DNA from: Candidatus Limnocylindria bacterium
Lineage (GTDB): Bacteria; Chloroflexota; Limnocylindria; QHBO01
NCBI GenBank assembly: GCA_036274575.1
Contig: DASUFJ010000021.1
Span: 8,347-72,346 of the forward strand
DNA: 64,000 nucleotides
Direction of reading: 5' to 3'
Part shown: piece after piece, positions 53,489 to 61,609 of the stretch
How positions within the stretch are numbered: the first letter of the stretch is position 1
How the letters are laid out: every line of letters starts with the position of its first letter
Notes under the pieces: model-generated
Databases searched by the model: none
The model's input: only the letters and a program-made list of their open reading frames with translations
What the model was told of the DNA's origin: nothing
Made by a program: the position numbers and the translations under genes

Positions 53489-54514
53489 TCACGCGGCGGC
53501 TGCGACCGGCAGCCGGGCTGCGACGAGGCGGATGAGGTCGGCCATGCGGCAGCTGAATCCCCATTCGTTGTCGTACCAGGTGATGACCTTGACCAGCGTT
53601 CCACCAATGACCATCGTCATTCCCGCGTCGACGATGCTGGAGCGGCTGTCGCCCCGAAAGTCGGACGAGACGAGCGGCTCCTCGCTGACTCCCAGGATGC
53701 CCTCCATCGGCCCGGATTCGGCAGCATGGAACGCGGCATTCAGCTCTTCGACGGAAGTGGGGCGACTGACGTCCGCCGTGAAGTCGACGACGCTCACGGT
53801 GGGCGTCGGGACGCGCAGGCTGAACCCGTCGAACTTGCCGTCGAGCTCGGGCATCACGAGCGCGAGCGCCTTGGTCGCACCACTCGTCGTGGGGACGATG
53901 TTCTGCGCGGCGGCCCGCGCTCTGCGCGGGTCTTTGTGCCCGGTGTCGAGGAGGCGCTGCGAGGTCGTGTACGAGTGAACGGTGTTCATCAGACCGCGCT
54001 CGATGGAGACGAGGTCGTGGACGACCTTGACGGCCGGGGCGAGGCAGTTCGTGGTGCAGGACGCGGCGCTGATGAGATGGTGCCGCTCGGGATCGTAGGT
54101 GTCCTGGTTGACGCCGAGGACGATGGTGACGTCGGCGCCACGCGCCGGGGCGCTGACGATCACCTTCTTCGCGCCCGCCTCGAGGTGGGCGTCCGCCTGA
54201 CCGGGTTCGCGGAACCGTCCAGTCGACTCGAGGACGACATCCACACCGAGGTCACCCCACGGCAGCCGAGCCGGATCGGCCTCCTTGAACACGCGGATCT
54301 CGTGACCGTCGACCACGATGGCGTCGTCCGTCGACTCAACGGAGCCCGGATACGCTCCGTAGGTCGAGTCGTGCTTGAACAGCAGCGCGTTGAGGGACGG
54401 ATCCACCAGGTCGTTGACGGCCACGACATCGATCGAGGGATCGCGCTGGAGCAGTGCACGCAGCGACTGCCGCCCGATTCGTCCGAAGCCGTTGATTGCA
54501 ACTCGCGCTGCCAT
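53489..54514 (-). CDS. gap: type I glyceraldehyde-3-phosphate dehydrogenase
   Basis: ATG at 54514 preceded by GAGGAG. Motifs INGFGRIGR, active site SCTTNC and WYDNEWG. Confidence 0.95.
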   Translation of the reverse strand: MAARVAINGFGRIGRQSLRALLQRDPSIDVVAVNDLVDPSLNALLFKHDSTYGAYPGSVESTDDAIVVDGHEIRVFKEADPARLPWGDLGVDVVLESTGRFREPGQADAHLEAGAKKVIVSAPARGADVTIVLGVNQDTYDPERHHLISAASCTTNCLAPAVKVVHDLVSIERGLMNTVHSYTTSQRLLDTGHKDPRRARAAAQNIVPTTSGATKALALVMPELDGKFDGFSLRVPTPTVSVVDFTADVSRPTSVEELNAAFHAAESGPMEGILGVSEEPLVSSDFRGDSRSSIVDAGMTMVIGGTLVKVITWYDNEWGFSCRMADLIRLVAARLPVAAAA

Positions 54515-54627
54515 GGACCGTCGCTCCTCGTCGCACTCGACCTGTTGAGTCAACCCTCAGGCTAGGGAGCGACCGTGACGGAGCCGGGCAAACGCCATGA
54601 ACAGAGGGTGAACAGGCCGAGGTCGGG

Positions 54628-54633
54628 TAGGCT
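54628..54633 (+). promoter_or_regulatory. candidate -10 hexamer (TAGGCT, TANNNT type) placed for a leaderless ptsH transcript
   Basis: The hexamer ends 6 nt before the GTG start at 54640, and there is no usable SD spacing in between. This is an inference only. Confidence 0.3.
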
Positions 54634-54639
54634 GGGGAG

Positions 54640-54945
54640 GTGCGAACCGTCGAACTGGTGATCCACAACCCGAGCGGCCTGCACGCTCGCCCGGCGACGG
54701 TGTTCACGGATGCCGCCGGCAGGTTCCAATCGAAGATCACGATCGAGAACCTCACGCGGGGCAGGCCGGCGGTTGACGCCAAGTCGACCCTCATGCTGCT
54801 CACCTCCGGCGTGGCGCGGGACCACAGGATCCGGCTGGTGGCTGACGGCCCGGACGACGACCAGGCCATCGCGCAGCTCGTCGAGCTCATCGAGTCCGGC
54901 CTCGGAGAGGGCCCGGGCGCGCCGGAACCGGTCGTCAGGGAGTAG
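54640..54945 (+). CDS. ptsH: phosphocarrier protein HPr
   Basis: The GTG start places the active-site His at residue 15 (GLHARPA). A Ser46-like KS is present (VDAKSTLMLL). Confidence 0.88.
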   Translation: MRTVELVIHNPSGLHARPATVFTDAAGRFQSKITIENLTRGRPAVDAKSTLMLLTSGVARDHRIRLVADGPDDDQAIAQLVELIESGLGEGPGAPEPVVRE

Positions 54946-56659
54946 CGGCCACCAGCTCGCCGAGTCGGGCGCGCGCGGGAGCGGCCGATCCCTCGCCGAG
55001 CGCCTTTCGCATCACGGCGCTGAGCTGCCGATGATGGGCACCGCGAATGGCGCGCCGCACGGCCGGAAGGCCCGATGCGGCCATGCTGAGGGAGCGCACG
55101 CCCAGGCCCACGAGCGCCAGGGCCGAGACCGGATCTCCGGCCATCTCGCCGCAGACCGAGATCTCGATCCCGGCCCGGTCGCCGGCGTCGACGGCCATCC
55201 GGACCAGTCGCAGCACGGCGGGATGCAGCGGGTCGCGATAGCGCTCGAGGCGTGGGTTGGTGCGGTCGACGGCGACCGTGTACTGCAGCAGGTCGTTCGT
55301 GCCCAGGCTCGCGAACCCGATCCGCCCGAAGTACGCGTCACTCACCAGGACTGACGACGGGATCTCGAGCATCACGCCGAGGTTCACAGCGCCGATGGGG
55401 ATGGACTCGGCCGCCAGCTCACGCCTCGCCTGCTCCGCGAGCTCGTGCAGGAGGTCGACGTCCCCCGCGTCCGCCACCATCGGCGCCATCACCTTCAGCC
55501 GTCCCGCGGTGGCGGCCCGGTAGCAGGCCCGCAGCTGGGTGACGAAGAGACCGCGCTCGACATCGGCGAGACGGAGTGCGCGAACGCCGAGGAACGGGTT
55601 GGCCTCCGGGGCGATCGGCAGGTACGGGATTGCCTTGTCACCGCCGACGTCCAGCAGCCGGACCGTGACCGGACGCGGGGCGAAGGCGCGGACGACGCGC
55701 TCGTAGGCAGCCGCCTGCTCCTCTTCTGACGGCGGCAACGATCGCTCGAGGAAGAGGAACTCCGTCCTGAACAGGCCGACGCCGTCCGCGCCGAGCTCGA
55801 TGGCGGACTCGCTCTCGTCGGGGCCGCCGATGTTGGCGAGGAGCGCCACCTCCACGCCGTCTGACGTCACGGCCGGTCGGCCGGCCTCGCGCAGGTCGGC
55901 ATCGTGCCGCTGCCGATCCCGATCCGTTGCCGCGTCGATGCTGGCCGCCGTCCCTGTGTCGGGATCGATGACCACAGCGCCGGTCCCGCCATCGATCGCG
56001 ATCTCGGAGGCGGGGCCGAGGGCATCCAGCAGGTCGCCCACGCCGACAACCGCGGGAATCCCATAGGCTCGGGCGAGGATCGCGGCGTGGGCCGTCGGCG
56101 ACGAGCCCTCGAGCGCGATGCCGAGGAGCCGCTCGCGGGGCAGGGTCGCGGTCACCGACGGCGGCAGGTCGGCGGCGACCACGATCGTTGGCCTGTCCAG
56201 CCCGGTGGCGGAGGCAGCGTCCGGGATCCCGCTGAGGCGCCTCGCGATCCGTTGCCCGACGTCGATGACGTCCGCCGCGCGAGCCGACAGCACCTCGTCG
56301 TCGAGGGACCGCAGCTGGTCGGCGAACGAGTCGGCCGCGGCCTGGACCGCCGCGACCGCATCCTCGCCGTGGTCATCGATGCGCCCAGTGGCCAGCGTGA
56401 CGAGCGCCGGGTCGCGGGCGATGCTCGCCTGGGCCCGAAAGATTGCGCCCTCCTCCGGATGGCCGTCCCCTTCCACGCGGGCCGCGATCTCCTCGAGCTC
56501 GGCGCTCGCTGCCACCGTGGCGTCGTGAAGGCGCTGGGTCTCGCGCATGGCATCGCCGGGCTCAATGCGCCCGCCCGTCGGGGCGCTGACGGCATCGATT
56601 CGGAGCCAGGGTCCGCGGACGACCCCGGGAGAGGCTCCGATCCCTTGCAATCGCTTCAC
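54935..56659 (-). CDS. ptsI: phosphoenolpyruvate--protein phosphotransferase (PTS Enzyme I)
   Basis: 574 aa. Phospho-His region GSSPTAHAAILAR. PEP-utilising C-domain motifs LFRTEFLF, GTNDLLQY and SVCGEMAGDP. The GTG start overlaps the upstream HPr-like stop. Confidence 0.93.
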   Translation of the reverse strand: MKRLQGIGASPGVVRGPWLRIDAVSAPTGGRIEPGDAMRETQRLHDATVAASAELEEIAARVEGDGHPEEGAIFRAQASIARDPALVTLATGRIDDHGEDAVAAVQAAADSFADQLRSLDDEVLSARAADVIDVGQRIARRLSGIPDAASATGLDRPTIVVAADLPPSVTATLPRERLLGIALEGSSPTAHAAILARAYGIPAVVGVGDLLDALGPASEIAIDGGTGAVVIDPDTGTAASIDAATDRDRQRHDADLREAGRPAVTSDGVEVALLANIGGPDESESAIELGADGVGLFRTEFLFLERSLPPSEEEQAAAYERVVRAFAPRPVTVRLLDVGGDKAIPYLPIAPEANPFLGVRALRLADVERGLFVTQLRACYRAATAGRLKVMAPMVADAGDVDLLHELAEQARRELAAESIPIGAVNLGVMLEIPSSVLVSDAYFGRIGFASLGTNDLLQYTVAVDRTNPRLERYRDPLHPAVLRLVRMAVDAGDRAGIEISVCGEMAGDPVSALALVGLGVRSLSMAASGLPAVRRAIRGAHHRQLSAVMRKALGEGSAAPARARLGELVAATP

Positions 56660-56943
56660 AGCGACGGCGCGGGATGGCAGACCCCGGCCTCGAGCAGGTC
56701 GCCGATGGCCTCGATCGCCGCCGCCTCATCGGCGCCCTCGGCCGCGATCCGAACGCGATCGCCGGTGCGGATGCCGGAGCCGATGAGTGCGAGCATGCTC
56801 CGGGCGTCGAGCTGCGAGGCGCTGCCGTCGAGGTTCGTGATCGACACGTCTGCCGTGAGATCGCCGATCGCCTCACCGATTCGGCGTGCGGCGCGGGGAT
56901 GCAGACCGTAACGATCGCGGAAGACCACGTCCCTCGAAGTCAT
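56656..56943 (-). CDS. HPr-family phosphocarrier protein (second paralogue)
   Basis: ATG at 56943. His15 sits in GLHPRAA and a Ser46-like RS in LDARSMLAL. 95 aa. Confidence 0.8.
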   Translation of the reverse strand: MTSRDVVFRDRYGLHPRAARRIGEAIGDLTADVSITNLDGSASQLDARSMLALIGSGIRTGDRVRIAAEGADEAAAIEAIGDLLEAGVCHPAPSL

Positions 56944-57016
56944 GACAGTCGCTCCCACTCGATGGGCGGCCGCGACGCAACGTGGCGTCACGGCCGCCCG
57001 AGATTTCGGGTCGCCG

Positions 57017-58531
57017 TCAGGCGGCGCTCTGCGCCTCGGCGGCCGTATGCGTCCCGGCTTCCTGTTCGGGCGCCCCGCCGGGCACCCAGCCGGTGTCGAC
57101 GAATCGCCGCTGGAACCAGCTCGCGACCACGAGCAGGAAGCCACACAGGACCGCGACGCCGATCGCCGCCACGTTGCCCTCGATGCGGGCGATGTTCCCG
57201 ACGATGAAGCCGAACCACTGGAAGTCGGCGTCTCCGAAGGTCGTCCCCTGGAATCCGATGGCGCCCATGACCGGGATCAGGAACGCCGCGAACAGGGTGA
57301 TGATCAGCCCGTTGACGAATCCGCCGGCGACGGCACCGCGGCGTCCGCCGGTTGCGTTGCCGAACACGCCGGCCGTCCCACCCGTGAAGAAGTGCGGGAT
57401 CATGCCCGGCAGGATGAGCGGGACGACGAGCGCCGCCCCCAGCCAGGCCCACAGGATCCCGAACCCGAGCATGCCACCGGCGACGCTCGCCAGGAACCCG
57501 ACGATCACGGCGTTGGGCGCGTACGGGAACGAGATGGGGCAATCGAGCGCGGGAACGGCGCCCGGGATGACGCGCTCGGCGATGCCGGCGAAGGCGGGCA
57601 CGATCTCGCCGAGGATGGTCCGGACGCCGAGCAGGATGACGGCAACGCCACCTCCGAAGAGGAGCGCCTGGTTGAACATCGTGCTCAAGAGGCCGAGGAA
57701 TCCACCTGCGGCGCCGGCGGCACCGGCAAAGCCGGCATCGGTCACCGCCTGGATGGCGGGTCCCTCTCCGACGCGGACCACGAAGATCGCCGAGAGCACG
57801 AGATAGATGATGATCATGGCGACGGCCGTGCCGACCATCGGGTCACGTAGGAAGCGGAGGCCTTGCGGGAATTCCATGTCCTCGGTGCTCTTCGAACCGC
57901 GGCCGACGAGCTGGCCCGTCACGCCGGCGGCGATGTAGCCCAGGGATCCGAAATGGCCCATCGCCACCGGCTCGTTTCCCGTGACCTTCTTCATCCACGG
58001 CATCGTGAACGCCGGCATGATCACCATCATCGTGGCGAGGCCGAGGGCAGCCACCAGGATCTGCACGATGGGGGCGACGTTGGCGTTGTACAGCACGACG
58101 GTGAGCACCGTGGCCATGAACAGCATGTGATGACCGGTCAGGAAGACGTAGCGCAGCGGAGTGAGCCGCGCGATCACCAATGAGCCAATCACTCCGATGA
58201 ACATCGCAAACGCGATGTTCTGGGCGACGTCGGGGATGTCGCTGACGATTGCGGTGATGGCCTCGTTCGTGGGGACGACGCCGGAGACGCCGAAGGAGCC
58301 CGTGATGAGCGCTCCGAGCGGCGTCAGGGCCCCAATGACCGCGCCGGCGCCGATGCCCAGGATGATGAAGCCCAGCGTCGCCTTCAGCGCGCCGCCGACC
58401 ACGTCCCCGGCGCCCTTCCGAGACGCGACGAGCGCGCTCAGCGTCATCAACCCCACGAGATATGCGGGTACGCCGAAGATGTCCTTGGCGACCCAGTTCA
58501 CGATGTAGTTCAGCTGATCCACAACGACCAC
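57017..58531 (-). CDS. PTS EIIC, ascorbate (SgaT/UlaA) family
   Basis: 504 aa polytopic membrane protein with UlaA-like N-terminus (...IVNWVAKDIFGVPAYLVGLMTL...). GTG start at 58531, or at 58522 with better SD spacing. Confidence 0.88.
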   Translation of the reverse strand: MVVVDQLNYIVNWVAKDIFGVPAYLVGLMTLSALVASRKGAGDVVGGALKATLGFIILGIGAGAVIGALTPLGALITGSFGVSGVVPTNEAITAIVSDIPDVAQNIAFAMFIGVIGSLVIARLTPLRYVFLTGHHMLFMATVLTVVLYNANVAPIVQILVAALGLATMMVIMPAFTMPWMKKVTGNEPVAMGHFGSLGYIAAGVTGQLVGRGSKSTEDMEFPQGLRFLRDPMVGTAVAMIIIYLVLSAIFVVRVGEGPAIQAVTDAGFAGAAGAAGGFLGLLSTMFNQALLFGGGVAVILLGVRTILGEIVPAFAGIAERVIPGAVPALDCPISFPYAPNAVIVGFLASVAGGMLGFGILWAWLGAALVVPLILPGMIPHFFTGGTAGVFGNATGGRRGAVAGGFVNGLIITLFAAFLIPVMGAIGFQGTTFGDADFQWFGFIVGNIARIEGNVAAIGVAVLCGFLLVVASWFQRRFVDTGWVPGGAPEQEAGTHTAAEAQSAA

Positions 58532-58601
58532 CCTTCTCTCATTGGCGGCCCGGGAGGGGTCGCCACGCTCTTTGCGGTCCGTTCCCGGGCCACCACTTAA
58601 A

Positions 58602-58874
58602 TCAGTCGATCGCTGCCTTGAGCTTCGTCACCATCTCGCGCAGATCGATGAAATTCGAGATCGTCACGACCTTCGGCTTGACGGCTCCGAGCTGTGGAGC
58701 GAGCTCCTCTGAAGTGAGGATCAGGTCGGCCTTCGGGGCGATCGCGCGGGCGGTCCCGATGTCCGTGACCTCCAGCTCGGCTTCGAGCCCGAGCTCCTTG
58801 AGCGCCTTTTCGGCCTGCATCCGCAGGACGAGGGCGCTCCCGAGTCCCATGCCGCAGACCGCCAGGATCCTCAT
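58602..58874 (-). CDS. PTS EIIB (ascorbate/lactose type)
   Basis: 90 aa with an active-site Cys in MRILAVCGMGLGS. Confidence 0.85.
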   Translation of the reverse strand: MRILAVCGMGLGSALVLRMQAEKALKELGLEAELEVTDIGTARAIAPKADLILTSEELAPQLGAVKPKVVTISNFIDLREMVTKLKAAID

Positions 58875-59350
58875 GAGTGATCCCCCCGTTCGAAGCCGCG
58901 AACCATGCGGGCGACGTCGTCCGCGGTTTCGGCGCTCAGCAGCTCCTGTTGGCGCCCCTCGTCGGCCAGGAACTCGGCAAGGGTCGAGAGCGCAGTGACG
59001 TGACCGTCCTCGTCGGGTGCCGCCAGTCCAACGACCAGGCGGACCGGATCGTTCCTGCTATGCCCGAAGGTCACCGGTTCGGCAAGGGTCACCAGGCTCA
59101 TGCCTGCGCGAATGACCGCCGGCGACGGCCGCGAGTGCGCCAGCGCAATGCCGGGAGCGATCACGATGTACGGACCCAGCTCCTCGACGGCGGCGATCAT
59201 CTCGTCCGTGTAGGCGTCTGTGGTCGCGCCGCTCGACACGAGCGCGTCGCCGGCTTCCCGTATCGCAGCTCGCCAGTCGGCCGCGCTCGCCCCGATGCGG
59301 ATGGCATCGACCGACAGCAGCGTGGACAGCTCGGGCGCGGAGGCCGTCAT
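58871..59350 (-). CDS. PTS EIIA (EIIA-2, mannitol/fructose/ascorbate type)
   Basis: 159 aa with an active-site His in APGIALAHSRP. Overlaps both neighbouring genes by 4 nt. Confidence 0.85.
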   Translation of the reverse strand: MTASAPELSTLLSVDAIRIGASAADWRAAIREAGDALVSSGATTDAYTDEMIAAVEELGPYIVIAPGIALAHSRPSPAVIRAGMSLVTLAEPVTFGHSRNDPVRLVVGLAAPDEDGHVTALSTLAEFLADEGRQQELLSAETADDVARMVRGFERGDHS

Positions 59351-60045
59351 GACGCACCGGTACCGAGGGCGAGGACGGCGTGGCGTCGGTCCGGCCGCTC
59401 GACCGCCTGGGCCGTCTGCCAGTCCTTCCGGAACTGCACGATGCCGCGATCCGTCAGCGGGTGATGAACCATCTGGCGCAGCACCTTGATCGGGACCGTC
59501 GCGATGTGGGCGCCGGCCAGCGCGGCATCGGTGACGTGGCGGGGATGCCGGACGGAGGCGACCAGCACCTCTGCGGGCAGGCCGTGCATCCTCACGATGG
59601 CCGTCAGCTCCCTGATGACGCTCAGACCGTCTTCGTTGATGTCGTCCAGGCGGCCGACGAACGGCGAGAGGAGCGATGCTCCGGCCTTGGCCGCCAGGAG
59701 ACCCTGGTTGGCGTTGAAGATGAGTGTGCAGTTGGTCGAGATGCCTTCGGCGGAGAAGCGGGCGATCGCTTCGAGGCCCTCTTCGCTCATCGGCACCTTG
59801 ACGATGATGTTCGGCGCGAGCGTCGAGAAATGGCGGCCCTCGCTCAGCATTCCGTCGACGTCGTCGGCCACCACCTCGGCACTGACCGGACCGGACGTGA
59901 TCGCGCAGATCTCCTGGAGCACCGCGTCATAGCTGCCACCCACCTTCGCGAACAGGCTCGGGTTGGTGGTCACGCCGTCGAGCACACCCCAGCGAGACGC
60001 CGTGCGGATGTCATCGATGGCCGCCGTATCGAGAAAGATCTTCAT
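59347..60045 (-). CDS. tal: short (type 3B) transaldolase / fructose-6-phosphate aldolase family protein
   Basis: Motifs MKIFLDTA and GVTTNPSL, the Schiff-base Lys in IIVKVP, and SPFVGRLDD. 232 aa. Confidence 0.9.
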   Translation of the reverse strand: MKIFLDTAAIDDIRTASRWGVLDGVTTNPSLFAKVGGSYDAVLQEICAITSGPVSAEVVADDVDGMLSEGRHFSTLAPNIIVKVPMSEEGLEAIARFSAEGISTNCTLIFNANQGLLAAKAGASLLSPFVGRLDDINEDGLSVIRELTAIVRMHGLPAEVLVASVRHPRHVTDAALAGAHIATVPIKVLRQMVHHPLTDRGIVQFRKDWQTAQAVERPDRRHAVLALGTGAS

Positions 60046-60356
60046 GCCTCGTCCTGCGTTTCAGTGAGAATCGCGCCGTCCTGAACCTGGACCCGATGTG
60101 ACATGACCGGGCGTTGCGCCGGGCCACGAATGACCGCCCCGGTGGTCACGTCGAACTGGCTGCCGTGGCAGGCGCAGGTCACCGTCGTCCCGTCGAGGTC
60201 CCCGTTCGCGAGCGAGCAGCCCATGTGGGTGCACGTGTCATCGAACGCGTAGAGCTGGCCGCCGGCGTTCGTCACGTTCACCGCCGCGCCACCCACCTCG
60301 AACACGCGCATCTGCCCTTCGGGCACCGCGCCCACGTCACCGACCCGAACGAACAT
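60042..60356 (-). CDS. Rieske [2Fe-2S] ferredoxin
   Basis: CTHMGCSL ... CACHGSQF (CxH / CxxH ligands). 104 aa. Its stop overlaps the tal start (ATGA). Confidence 0.88.
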   Translation of the reverse strand: MFVRVGDVGAVPEGQMRVFEVGGAAVNVTNAGGQLYAFDDTCTHMGCSLANGDLDGTTVTCACHGSQFDVTTGAVIRGPAQRPVMSHRVQVQDGAILTETQDEA

Positions 60357-60441
60357 CAGCCATTTCCTCGCGACGCCAGCTCTTTGGATCGGCCCAGGTG
60401 ATCGATCCTCGTTGGCTCTTGGGCGACGCTAGTCCCGCGAC

Positions 60442-60516
60442 CTGAACGCGGGTTGGAACCGACGTGAACGTCGCGTGAACACTCCCGGCCGACCGGGACG
60501 TTCACTTGATGTTCAC
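60442..60516. promoter_or_regulatory. array of GTGAAC-type hexamers with about 11-bp periodicity, arranged as an extended palindrome
   Basis: cTGAAC 60442, tGGAAC 60454, GTGAAC 60464 and GTGAAC 60475. Central palindrome CCCGG-ccga-CCGGG. Inverted copies GTTCAC at 60500 and 60511. Lies between the divergent Rieske/PTS operon and the two-component operon. Confidence 0.5.
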
Positions 60517-60610
60517 CAGCATTCCCGCGCGACTTCAGGCGGCTGCCGTACGGTGGCGGGCCATCTCACTCGTCATAGCCCGAGGTTTCCCGGCGTATGC
60601 TTGGTTCTCG

Positions 60611-61609
60611 ATGCCGACCGAGGCACCACTACCCTCACCGCTCGGCGTGGCCGCCCTCGCGCTGGTCGGGGACGGAGTGACGGCCCCGGGCCTGGTCAGT
60701 CGTTTCGCGGAGCTGGACGCCCGGATCGATGAGCGTGCCGCCCAAGCGCGACTCGATGAGCTCGTGCGGCTGGGCCTCGTCCGCGTCCGTCGTCGGGCGG
60801 CTGACAACGATTGGTATGGCCTCACCCCCCTCGGCGAGAGGCTTCTGGGTGTCTCCTTCGCGGGGAATCGCGAGCAGGCGGAGCTGCTGGCGGAGATGGA
60901 ACAGATGCGCACCGACCTGCTGAGCACGATCGCACACGAGCTCAGGACGCCGCTGACGGCCGTTCGGACGAGCATCGGGCTCCTCCTCGATCCTGAAATC
61001 GAGCCGAGCTCCGAGGAGCACCAGGCCATGCTCGAGGCGATCGACCGGAACGCCACCCGGATGCATCGAGTGGTCGGCGAGATCCTGGAGCTGGCCCGAT
61101 TCCGTGCGGGCAGCGCCCAGCTGCAGCTTCGGCGCTTCGACGCGAGAGAGCTGGCGGAGTCGGCGATCGCATCGGTGTCGTCGCTCGTGGACGCGCATCG
61201 GCAGACGATTGAGCTCGACGCCCCGTCGGAGGCCGTCTGGGTCTTCGGCGACTACCGGCGCCTCGAGCAGGCCGTCGTCAACCTCCTGTCGAACGCTCAG
61301 AAGTACTCACCGGACGGGACGCCGATCCGCGTCTCGGTCGCGACCCAGGGACCGGAGGTCACCTGGACGGTTTCCGACTCTGGTCCGGGCATCGAACCCG
61401 CCGACCGGGCGCGGCTCTTCGAGCGATTCTTCGTGGCCCCGCGCAAGCGCTCCGAAGGGGTGCCGGGCATCGGCCTCGGGCTCCCGATCTCGCTCCTGAT
61501 CGTCCAGGCCCACGAGGGCCGAATCGACGTCGACAGCGAGCCGGGGGTCGGCAGCACCTTTCGCATCGCGGTTCCGGCAGCAGGGCCTGAGGGGGGACCG
61601 GGCGAATGA
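60611..61609 (+). CDS. cytoplasmic sensor histidine kinase with winged-helix-like N-terminal domain
   Basis: H-box STIAHELRTPL. N/G boxes LLSNAQKYSP, DSGPGIE and GIGLGLPIS. No TM helix. N-terminus contains LDELVRLGLVRVRRRAADNDWYGLTPLGERLL. The longest ORF starts at TTG 60506, but its first 35 aa are Arg-rich and overlap the repeat array. Confidence 0.85.
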   Translation: MPTEAPLPSPLGVAALALVGDGVTAPGLVSRFAELDARIDERAAQARLDELVRLGLVRVRRRAADNDWYGLTPLGERLLGVSFAGNREQAELLAEMEQMRTDLLSTIAHELRTPLTAVRTSIGLLLDPEIEPSSEEHQAMLEAIDRNATRMHRVVGEILELARFRAGSAQLQLRRFDARELAESAIASVSSLVDAHRQTIELDAPSEAVWVFGDYRRLEQAVVNLLSNAQKYSPDGTPIRVSVATQGPEVTWTVSDSGPGIEPADRARLFERFFVAPRKRSEGVPGIGLGLPISLLIVQAHEGRIDVDSEPGVGSTFRIAVPAAGPEGGPGE

